From: Victivallales bacterium
GTDB taxonomy: Bacteria; Verrucomicrobiota; Lentisphaeria; Victivallales; UBA1829
Reading direction: 5' to 3'
DNA: 38,263 nucleotides
NCBI GenBank assembly: GCA_045639225.1
Contig: JAZUCR010000431.1
Location: 1-38,263 of the forward strand
The position numbers and the translations under genes are program-made. Within the stretch, counting starts at the first letter, position 1, and each line of letters starts with the position of its first letter. Below are positions 26,012 through 33,475 of the stretch, in pieces. Under the pieces are notes generated by a model. That model made no database searches and was not told the origin of the DNA. It worked only from the letters and a program-made list of their open reading frames with translations.

Positions 26012-28066
26012 TTATGCTTGTCTTTCTTTACCCCCTTGCACCCATGCCCGTGCTTCATCGCGGACCTGTTCGAACGGAATCAGTTCCATGCAGTTCCAGG
26101 TGTTGCAATTCCTGCATTTCCCGTAATCCGAACATTCCGGAAAGATGATTTTATGGCGGCTTTGATCATACGGATGCCAGGTAAGACGGGCATCCCCGGC
26201 GGACAATGTAACAGTCCGGCAGTCGAGCATTTTAAGCAAGTGCATGACCCCGGTGTCATTACCGACCGCGAAAATCCTTTCGGGCCCCCACATGGAAGCC
26301 AAACCGGCAATATCGGAAAGGGCGGCGCCGCAGGCGGTTTTCCATCCGGCGTTCCGGATCGCATCGACATCGTTTGCTTCATCCGGCCCCAGCAGGAAAA
26401 CCGGTTCACGTCCCGCCCGATGCAAGTCAGCCGCCAGTTTCAGATAATTCTGCAGATCCCATTTTTTCCCCTTGTAACTGCCGCCCGGCACCAGCAGAAC
26501 GCCGTTCCGCGGGAAATCATAGCGCTCCTTAACTCTTTCAAAATCGATGCAGAGCTGGTTTCCCGCCAGAACCGGATGCTGGCAATGGTAATCTTTTTCC
26601 GCCAGACGGAACAGGCTGGAACCCTGTTCCGTTACGCTGGTATGGTAGCGTAACTGCTCGTCATCCCACATCGTGAGCGACAGCCAGCCCCCGTTATAGA
26701 TTTCCCGGCACACTTTTTCCGGGATCTCGGTGTTTTCATATCCGTATGCCCGGACATATTTCATTTTCCGGATCAGAGCGGCGGATTCTCCGCCATACCG
26801 GTGATTGAACACCGCATCATATTCCCGGTCCGGGAGAACGGTTTTATCCCCCTGATATTCAACGCAGTGATCGGCAAACGCATAATCCCGGAAAAACGGC
26901 AGCATGCCTTTCGATTCAAAAACGGTGATTTCGCACGGTGCATAGAACCGGACCGCTTCTTCGATGTTGTTGATATTCACCAGCGAATCGCCGATCCGGT
27001 CCTGCATCAGAAAGGCGACCTGGCGGAAACGGGGCTGCGGCAGTTCCAGTTTTTCAAAGAGTTTGCACACCACCTGTTTCACGGAAATACTGCCGATGCA
27101 GAGTTTCTGACACGCGTCGCATTTCTTTTCGTCCGCGCAATCCGGCATGATCAGCGAATGGACCGGCTCCTCGTAGGGATACCAGTTAAAGGCCGATCCG
27201 CTGGCGATGATGTGGATCGTTTTGCGGTGAAATGCCGCGGCGAAGTGCATCGGGCCCGAATCGTTGCCGATAATCAGTTCCGCCCGGTTGACCACATCCG
27301 CCAGCTGCGCGAAGGGCAGGGTATCCAGCACGGGATAGCCGCTTCTTGTCAACTCCGGCATCAGACAGCGGTCCTGCGGGCCGATGGCGAACACCGCTTC
27401 CACTCCTGCGGCTTTCAGGGTTTTCGCTACAGCCAGATACTTGGCGACCGGCCAGTATTTCCCGATCCAGCTCGTACCCGGCAGGAACAGCACGAATTTT
27501 TTCGGCAGGACGCCCGGATACGCTTCCAGCCGGTAGGTTTCCGGAGTCAGCGTCGGATATACATAATTGAAATCCGGATCGGCCAGCCGGATCGGTTCCG
27601 CCATCTGTTCGCAGACCGTCCGGTATTTTTTCAGCGTCACGTTGTCCCAGTATTCCTCGCAGACCCATTTGTCAAAATGGCTCCGGCACATCTCTTCGGT
27701 GATCAGACTGCATTCGGAACCGTAACGCTTTTTGCATTTCAGTTTGTCCTGCAGTTCCAGATAGACCGGATGATACGCCAGATTGAATACCGCGTCGAAT
27801 TCCGTCTCCGGTGCAACGAATTCGGAAAGGTCCAGATCGCCGTGAATCCCGCCTTTCAACGTGACGACCTCATCCGCCCATGCCGAATTTTTCATCAGTT
27901 CGGCGATGAGCGGAATGGCGAAGACCGTTATCCGGCACGGCGCGTAGAGCTTTTTGAGATGTTCCAGCTGGTTCATGCAGCAGATCACATCCCCCAGCGG
28001 CGTCAGCGCTATATAAGCGATTTCCCTGACCGGCAGAGTCTTGTCAGTTTCCTGTTCCCGTCCCAT
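26012..28066 (-). CDS. Tandem (duplicated) glycosyltransferase family 9 protein, heptosyltransferase-like
   Basis: 684 aa in two homologous halves, each with the GT9 signature (GNDSGPMHFAAA and GNDTGVMHLLKM). Each half ends in a Cys4 motif (CADEKKCDACQKLC and CSDYGKCRNCNTWNC). Confidence 0.85.
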   Translation of the reverse strand: MGREQETDKTLPVREIAYIALTPLGDVICCMNQLEHLKKLYAPCRITVFAIPLIAELMKNSAWADEVVTLKGGIHGDLDLSEFVAPETEFDAVFNLAYHPVYLELQDKLKCKKRYGSECSLITEEMCRSHFDKWVCEEYWDNVTLKKYRTVCEQMAEPIRLADPDFNYVYPTLTPETYRLEAYPGVLPKKFVLFLPGTSWIGKYWPVAKYLAVAKTLKAAGVEAVFAIGPQDRCLMPELTRSGYPVLDTLPFAQLADVVNRAELIIGNDSGPMHFAAAFHRKTIHIIASGSAFNWYPYEEPVHSLIMPDCADEKKCDACQKLCIGSISVKQVVCKLFEKLELPQPRFRQVAFLMQDRIGDSLVNINNIEEAVRFYAPCEITVFESKGMLPFFRDYAFADHCVEYQGDKTVLPDREYDAVFNHRYGGESAALIRKMKYVRAYGYENTEIPEKVCREIYNGGWLSLTMWDDEQLRYHTSVTEQGSSLFRLAEKDYHCQHPVLAGNQLCIDFERVKERYDFPRNGVLLVPGGSYKGKKWDLQNYLKLAADLHRAGREPVFLLGPDEANDVDAIRNAGWKTACGAALSDIAGLASMWGPERIFAVGNDTGVMHLLKMLDCRTVTLSAGDARLTWHPYDQSRHKIIFPECSDYGKCRNCNTWNCMELIPFEQVRDEARAWVQGGKERQA

Positions 28067-28093
28067 GTTCCGCGTCCTGCGCTGAAGCGGTTT

Positions 28094-28846
28094 TCATTTA
28101 AGTCTTAAAAATTTCCTGAAATTGCCGGACATGATCCCGTCCGACGCGATTTTCAGAAACTCTTTCAGCACTTTCCGGTAATAGGCGGTCAGCTGCACGT
28201 CGTAATAACACTGCATCACCGGCAGGTCGGTTCCGAACATCACCCGGTCCGCCACGCCGTTCGCTTCCAGCAGCTCGATCCGTTCCGGCGGCATGAACGC
28301 CGTGTCCGTGTAAAGGTTCGGACATTCTTTCATGGCGTCGATCGTCGCCTGGCCCGGACGGCAATGGGCAAAATCCACCCGCAGTTTCGGATGTTTCTTC
28401 ACATACGGCAGATAATCGCCCGGATAGCACCCCGGATCCTCGCCGGTGTGGAACTGCACCGGAACATCCCGTTCTTCCAGCACCGAAAGGATATAATCCA
28501 GGTCTTTCGGCCGCGTGCTCCATTTTGTTTCCAGTTCGTGCAGTTTCACTCCGTCGTAGATGCCCCGGTCCAGAAATTTCAGCCCGCGGTCCGTTTCGAA
28601 CATCGGACCCGAAAGCCAGCAGAACGCATGGGCTCCCCGTCCGAACTCTTTTTTCGTTTCTGCCGCTTCGTTATGGAGACTTTCGATGTCCGTCACCCCG
28701 AAATGCGACGAACTGGAAGAAAAGATGAACTCTTCCACTCCGCAGCGTTTCAGGATGGACGATACTCTTTTCGGCGTATAGTAAAAGGGCCGGTCATAAC
28801 CCTTCCTTTGAAAATAGCCGACATGGACATGCGCGTCGCAGATCAT
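28094..28846 (-). CDS. Amidohydro_2-type metal-dependent TIM-barrel hydrolase/decarboxylase family protein
   Basis: 250 aa. N-terminal ICDAHVHVG (HxH metal ligands), internal HTGE and FAHC, and FGTDLP near the C-terminus. Confidence 0.8.
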   Translation of the reverse strand: MICDAHVHVGYFQRKGYDRPFYYTPKRVSSILKRCGVEEFIFSSSSSHFGVTDIESLHNEAAETKKEFGRGAHAFCWLSGPMFETDRGLKFLDRGIYDGVKLHELETKWSTRPKDLDYILSVLEERDVPVQFHTGEDPGCYPGDYLPYVKKHPKLRVDFAHCRPGQATIDAMKECPNLYTDTAFMPPERIELLEANGVADRVMFGTDLPVMQCYYDVQLTAYYRKVLKEFLKIASDGIMSGNFRKFLRLK

Positions 28847-30282
28847 TTTTTCATCCTCGCTTCCTGTTGCTGATCCACCAGTTTATGGTTGATTTCCGCC
28901 ACCTTGCAGAAATGTTCCGCCGGTGTGAATATATCTCCCGTTTCGTTGATGTTCCGGCACATGCAGACCGAACAGTAATTCCGGTCCTTGCATTTCACGC
29001 ATTTGGGGAAATCCCGTCCCCGGACATTCCTCAGTTTCAGCGTCTCCGGCGATTTCAGCCACACCTCCGACAGTGATTGTCTGTAGCAGTTTCCCAGAAT
29101 ATAGCTGCCGAACGCCGGACACGGATAATAGTTCCCTTCCGCGTCGATGCACATGCTGTCGATCACCGCCCCGCAGACTTTGTTCGCCATCCACTCCTCG
29201 TCGGAAAGCATCTCGTCTTTTTTCGACGGGTCGAAATATTCGCTGTTCATCGGGACCGACTTGAAGATGATGTCCTTCAGCAGCTCTTCCGATTCCGCCA
29301 GGTCCAGACGGCAGGAAAGGTTGCTGCAGTCCCCGTCCATCTTCCCCATGATGATGAAATCCGTCTGCGCCGACATCTTCAGGCTCCGGGCGTAATTGAT
29401 GACGTCCATGTATCCGCGGAAGTTCGATTTCATCGTCGGACACGAGATCCGGCACGGGATCTGCGCTTCCCGGATCTTTTCGATCGCGCTTTTCGTCTTC
29501 TCCCACGAACCCTTCCGACGGGTGATGGCATCGTGGATCTCCGGGTCCATGCTGTAAAGCGACACCTGCACCGTCGATTCCGTTTCCTGCAGCAGCCTGA
29601 TCTTCCGGTCGTCGCACAGCGTCAAGTTGGACAGCACCCCCACGATCAGGTCTTTTTCCCGCGCATAACGCACGATTTTATCAAAATCAGGATGCATCAT
29701 GCACTCCCCGCCCGACAGCGTCAGATCCAGCCCTCCCATCGCCCGGAACTCGTCCAGGATCTCCTTGATTTTTTCGAACGGCAGAAACACCGGATTGTAT
29801 TCCGGTATGTAGCAATGCACGCACCGTTCCGTGCACGCCTGCGTGATGTCCATTTGAAGCCGGAAGATCGTCGGATGCTCCTGAAAATATTTCCCCAGCA
29901 CGTTCTGCGGCAGAAATTCCGCTTCCTCCCGGCTGATCGCGACCGTATCTTTCAGCGTTTTCGGATCGTCCACATCGTAACTGAACGATTCCTCCTGCGC
30001 CGCCAGTTCCCCGGGCGTCTCCCCCGACAGGATCACTTTCCGCTCCAGCAGCGGTTTCAGGAACTCGTCGAAGTCCGCCGCGATCTCCGCCCGGTCCGCG
30101 CCCGTGTAGACCGCACAGATGTTTTCCAGGATCTCCGCTTTCTCCCGCGGTTCCCGCGTGATCCACCGCATGAACACTTCCGCTCCCGAAAACATCTCGT
30201 CATAAAGCGAGATCCGGCTCATGATGTAGGTGAACTCCCCGTATTGGCGGACAAAACTGTTTTTCGACAACTGAAGCAGCAT
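28843..30282 (-). CDS. Radical SAM/SPASM-domain peptide maturase with N-terminal PqqD-like RRE
   Basis: 479 aa. The first ~100 aa are PqqD-like (ILENICAVYTGADRAEIAADFDEFLKPLLERKVI). The CX3CX2C cluster is ACTERCVHCY. The C-terminal SPASM cysteines are CIDAEGNYYPC and CVKCKDRNYCSVCMC. The stop codon overlaps the amidohydrolase start. Confidence 0.9.
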   Translation of the reverse strand: MLLQLSKNSFVRQYGEFTYIMSRISLYDEMFSGAEVFMRWITREPREKAEILENICAVYTGADRAEIAADFDEFLKPLLERKVILSGETPGELAAQEESFSYDVDDPKTLKDTVAISREEAEFLPQNVLGKYFQEHPTIFRLQMDITQACTERCVHCYIPEYNPVFLPFEKIKEILDEFRAMGGLDLTLSGGECMMHPDFDKIVRYAREKDLIVGVLSNLTLCDDRKIRLLQETESTVQVSLYSMDPEIHDAITRRKGSWEKTKSAIEKIREAQIPCRISCPTMKSNFRGYMDVINYARSLKMSAQTDFIIMGKMDGDCSNLSCRLDLAESEELLKDIIFKSVPMNSEYFDPSKKDEMLSDEEWMANKVCGAVIDSMCIDAEGNYYPCPAFGSYILGNCYRQSLSEVWLKSPETLKLRNVRGRDFPKCVKCKDRNYCSVCMCRNINETGDIFTPAEHFCKVAEINHKLVDQQQEARMKK

Positions 30283-30286
30283 TGTT

Positions 30287-31630
30287 TCACTCCCCGTAAA
30301 TTCGTTTGATCACCGCCGCTCGGGCGCACTGGACCGGACTGTGCTGCCGGATGTCGCCAGCGGCATTGAAATTGTGCGCCGGACATACCTTGCAGAAACG
30401 CCGGTTGGAGCATTCCGCACAGCCCGGAAAATCCCGGTTCCGCAATGCCCGCAGCGCATTCATTTTTTCTCCGTTCCAGACCTCGGACAAGGTCTGGTCA
30501 CGCACCGTCCCCAAAATCAGACCGTGCGTCCCGTCGCACGGATAATAGTTTCCCCGGCTGTCCAGACAGATCCGCGCTTTCCCGATGTCGCAGACCTTTT
30601 CATCCGGTCCCGGATTTTCCGCCGCATATTCCTTGCGGAAAAGCTCCCTGTTTTCCCGCAGCAGTATTTCCAGTTCCGCAGCCGACAGCGCATGTTCCAT
30701 ATTAGAACTGTCATGGTCGCATTGCGGGAAAATGTTGAGGTCCGGCACCAGGTGCATGCGGTGCGCTTTCGCGAATTCCGCCAGCGCCGGAAAACTCTCC
30801 CGGTTCTCCTTCAGCGCCGGCGCCGCCAGACGGATATGGATCCCCGCTTCTTCGCATTTCAGGATCGCCCCCATCGTCCGTTTCCAGCTCCCCGGCAGCG
30901 TCGTCACCGCATCGTGGATCTCCGGTTCCATACTGTAAAGCGAGACATTCACGAACTGCGGGTCGATCTCCTTCAGCAGTTCGATCTTCCGCCCGCCGCA
31001 CAGCGTCAGATTCGATAAGATAATGATGTTGATATTTTCATTTTTACAGAATTTCAGGATATCGTCGAACCGCGGGTGCATCATGCACTCCCCGCCCGAC
31101 AGATGCACCGTCAGTCCTCCCAGTTCCTTGTATTCCTTCAAGGCCTTGCAGACCAATCCGTAATCCAGAAAACGGTTGGTATAATCCGGGATGTAGCAAT
31201 GCACGCACCGTTCCGTGCATGCGCTCGTCAGGTCGATATGAAATTCCGCCGGAATGTGATGTTTTTCGAAGAAACTTCCCAGCGGCGTCCACCCTTCAGG
31301 CTGTTCCGTTCCCCCGGCCGAATGACTTTTCTCTGGGACATTCGTTTTGGCTGGTTTTGTCTGCTCTTTCCCTTCGCATTTCACCAGTCCGTTCGCCGTC
31401 AGCGGCGCCATGAACTCTTCGAAATCATCCCGGATCTCGTCCGGTTTCATTCCGAACTGCGCCGCCAGCTGCACAAGGATCTCCTCTTCCGGTTTCGGTT
31501 CCCACCCGATATGCCGCAGGAACGGTTCCGCATCCTCCAGGATCATGCACGCGCTGTTCCGCTTGTGCCACAGCAGCGTTTCATTCCCCAGATGACGAAC
31601 GAAAGTTTGTGATGAATAATGCAGTTTCAT
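30287..31630 (-). CDS. Radical SAM/SPASM-domain peptide maturase with N-terminal PqqD-like RRE (paralog)
   Basis: 447 aa. The PqqD-like N-terminus is ILVQLAAQFGMKPDEIRDDFEEFMAPLTANGLV. The ACTERCVHCY cluster is identical to the paralog. The SPASM cysteines are CLDSRGNYYPC and CAECSNRRFCKVC. Confidence 0.9.
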   Translation of the reverse strand: MKLHYSSQTFVRHLGNETLLWHKRNSACMILEDAEPFLRHIGWEPKPEEEILVQLAAQFGMKPDEIRDDFEEFMAPLTANGLVKCEGKEQTKPAKTNVPEKSHSAGGTEQPEGWTPLGSFFEKHHIPAEFHIDLTSACTERCVHCYIPDYTNRFLDYGLVCKALKEYKELGGLTVHLSGGECMMHPRFDDILKFCKNENINIIILSNLTLCGGRKIELLKEIDPQFVNVSLYSMEPEIHDAVTTLPGSWKRTMGAILKCEEAGIHIRLAAPALKENRESFPALAEFAKAHRMHLVPDLNIFPQCDHDSSNMEHALSAAELEILLRENRELFRKEYAAENPGPDEKVCDIGKARICLDSRGNYYPCDGTHGLILGTVRDQTLSEVWNGEKMNALRALRNRDFPGCAECSNRRFCKVCPAHNFNAAGDIRQHSPVQCARAAVIKRIYGE

Positions 31631-32298
31631 GCCAGTCCGTGCTGTTCAATGTATCCGCCCAGCATGAACAGCTTCTTTTCCCACTCGCTGCCTCTTCCTG
31701 TATTCCTCAGTCCTGCACAGAAATTGAGATAATCAACTGCTTCTGCATTGTCTGCTGTTTGTCGTGTCAATTTGCGGATTGTTTCATTGATTTTTTTCTT
31801 CTTGGCCTTATTGTTTCCCGTATTCGGAGTCGGAATTTTAAATTTATATTGGTCCAAATATAATTTCTGCAAAGCGATTGCCACTCTGGAGTCGTAAATG
31901 TAATATTGGTCCGGATCCCATGCCGCAAGAATCTTGCTCTTCGATGCAATGCCGTTACTTATATCATTCAGTAAAGTGTTGCCAATCAAATCCATTGCAT
32001 ATCTATCAATGGTCGAATCGGCATTCCCTTTGATTCCTCCCCAGTTGACAACAATCAGCCTGATGATTTTTTTGACGCGTGATTGATCTTGGGTTTCGAC
32101 AGCATTTTTCAGCGCATCATGAAATTTTTGAAATAATTTTTCTGTAATCTGCGCTTTGTCTAACTGATCCATCGGATCCATCAGGAAGCAAAGGATTTTT
32201 TGTCCTTCCGGCGGCCACTTCCAGTTGTAAGTAAGATCCACGTTGGGGTAATTGTGTTGAATCCGCTGTTCGATATCGCTGAAATCCGGAAATGGCAT
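31627..32298 (-). CDS. Hypothetical protein, family not recognised; AT-rich orphan coupled to the rSAM genes
   Basis: 223-aa ORF with AGAGGA before the ATG. Its stop codon overlaps the rSAM start codon (ATGA at 31627-31630). Its composition is clearly more AT-rich than the flanking genes. Confidence 0.65.
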   Translation of the reverse strand: MPFPDFSDIEQRIQHNYPNVDLTYNWKWPPEGQKILCFLMDPMDQLDKAQITEKLFQKFHDALKNAVETQDQSRVKKIIRLIVVNWGGIKGNADSTIDRYAMDLIGNTLLNDISNGIASKSKILAAWDPDQYYIYDSRVAIALQKLYLDQYKFKIPTPNTGNNKAKKKKINETIRKLTRQTADNAEAVDYLNFCAGLRNTGRGSEWEKKLFMLGGYIEQHGLA

Positions 32299-32331
32299 TT
32301 TTCTTTTTTCCTCTATTTCGTGTTGTTGAAT

Positions 32332-32363
32332 GCCGGTCTGCGGCGAATCTGCTGCAGACCGGC
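32332..32363 (-). promoter_or_regulatory. Strong intercistronic stem-loop between the candidate precursor ORF and the downstream enzyme genes
   Basis: GCCGGTCTGC (32332-32341) pairs perfectly with GCAGACCGGC (32354-32363) and can be extended by about 3 bp. No U-tract follows. Confidence 0.5.
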
Positions 32364-32387
32364 TGTGAACTTACAGCAGTTCTACTG

Positions 32388-32525
32388 TCAGTTCAGCGGG
32401 CCGCACATGCAGGCGGTGTTGTGGGGGAAACAGCTTCTAGACTCAGGTGTTTTCTCCGGGCAACCGGCGACGTAGGACTTTTTGGCGGACGCTTTCGCGA
32501 CGATCTGGGGTTTCTTGTAAGCCAT
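32388..32525 (-). CDS. Candidate RiPP precursor peptide, 45 aa, four Cys (not in the ORF track)
   Basis: My own translation gives MAYKKPQIVAKASAKKSYVAGCPEKTPESRSCFPHNTACMCGPLN. AAGGAG lies 6 nt upstream of the ATG at 32525, and the TGA stop is at 32388-32390. The N-terminal half is Lys/Ala-rich and the C-terminal half Cys/Pro-rich. It sits directly upstream of the RRE-containing rSAM genes. Confidence 0.55.
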   Translation of the reverse strand: MAYKKPQIVAKASAKKSYVAGCPEKTPESRSCFPHNTACMCGPLN

Positions 32526-32612
32526 TTGAGGCTCCTTTCCGAGGGGATCTCCCTCAATTTGTGTTTATTCTGAAACGCGCCCGGCAGACATGCCGGAATC
32601 AGCGCGGTCCAT

Positions 32613-32735
32613 TCAGCTCATGGATTTGTAAATTAGGATCGCAATGACGATAATGATCAGGATGATGACCGCCCACTTGGGGTGTTTCATAGCCCATGCC
32701 GCAACGTCTTTTCCCAATTCGTAAGAAGAACCCAT
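32613..32735 (-). CDS. Possible 40-aa single-pass membrane peptide
   Basis: My own translation gives MGSSYELGKDVAAWAMKHPKWAVIILIIIVIAILIYKSMS. GGAAAGGAACAGGGAA lies upstream of the ATG at 32735. A hairpin CCGGCA-GACA-TGCCGG at 32581-32596 lies downstream of the ORF. Confidence 0.3.
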   Translation of the reverse strand: MGSSYELGKDVAAWAMKHPKWAVIILIIIVIAILIYKSMS

Positions 32736-32775
32736 TTCCCTGTTCCTTTCCTGTTTTCCGTTTGTTTATCTTCCG

Positions 32776-32874
32776 GTCGGGGCACGAAAAAAGGCGTACC
32801 CCGACTACATTGTCACAGAGGTACGCCAATACACCCAATCACCCATGCAGACAGAGTACGCCATTGCTGGCGTA
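32776..32874 (-). promoter_or_regulatory. Repeat-rich structured leader with mutually exclusive hairpins
   Basis: One hairpin spans 32776-32805 (GTCGGGG...CCCCGAC). Its 3-prime arm GGCGTACC (32793-32800) can alternatively pair with GGTACGCC (32820-32827). A third hairpin, TACGCC-ATTGCT-GGCGTA, lies at 32857-32874. CAGAG(G)TACGCCA occurs as a direct repeat at 32816 and 32852. Confidence 0.4.
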
Positions 32875-33019
32875 TCTGACAAGCAGCGGGTGATTTCCGT
32901 CTATGAAATTGGCGTTTTCTGTGACAGAACCGTTCTTGCAGATACTAACTATTTGCAAAAAAACTATGTTAAATCATAACTCTCGAATAACAGAATCCTT
33001 TCTTCTGATTTCCGTCGTT

Positions 33020-33048
33020 ACAATAACACATCTTTTCGCAAATGTCAA
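33020..33048 (-). promoter_or_regulatory. Putative strong sigma70-type promoter driving the minus-strand operon
   Basis: On the minus strand: TTGACA (33048-33043), 17-nt spacer, TGT-TATTGT extended -10 (33025-33020). Confidence 0.4.
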
Positions 33049-33152
33049 CCCTGTCGTGCAAAATAATCGGAATATATTGACGCACCTGGAATTCTTCCAT
33101 TGTCGTAATATACGGGAGTTTTTCAGCAATCTTACACCGGACTTCAAAAAAA

Positions 33153-33173
33153 ATATGAAATATGAAATATGAA
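33153..33173. repeat. Heptanucleotide tandem repeat ATATGAA x3
   Basis: Read directly from the sequence. It follows an A8 run in the large divergent intergenic region. Confidence 0.85.
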
Positions 33174-33475
33174 AGAGAAAAGGGCGGCGGAGCCGGGAGA
33201 CGAAGTGAAGATTCGAGATCTCGCGTCATGGCAGGTCTTTCACGATTGTCCGGGAGAGTCCGGGTTTGTCTGTGCAGGTCCGTGTCAGTTCGCGTTTCCC
33301 GCGGCTTTCGCGTCATGGCCTGGCTTGTGTGTCGTTCCGAAGGGCCGGGTCAACGTTTTTACGGAAAAAAAGCCGTTAAATCATGCAGAAAGCGAAAAAA
33401 CGACTTGAAAAATCGGTAAAACAGTTTATGTTTCATAATGAAATAATGTAAATACAGCGAAAACGAGGTTGATCG

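Noticed and set aside
22995-31612. Plus-strand ORFs 22995-24698, 26801-28108, 29077-30309, 30341-31018 and 31076-31612 across the accessory region.
   Set aside because: All are antisense to the motif-supported AAA+, GT9 and rSAM genes. They are Arg/Phe/Pro-rich with no start-site signals.
32599-32838. The 79-aa minus-strand ORF in the track (MGVLAYLCDNVV...).
   Set aside because: It has no SD, a basic low-complexity translation, and spans the hairpin-rich leader. The overlapping 40-aa frame with an SD and a clean TM helix is the better, though still weak, candidate.
32903-33419. Plus-strand ORFs 32903-33172 (89 aa) and 33162-33419 (85 aa) in the divergent intergenic region.
   Set aside because: They have no SD. 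The second begins within the ATATGAA repeat and translates to Arg/Ser/Val low-complexity sequence. The first lies antisense to the predicted promoter.
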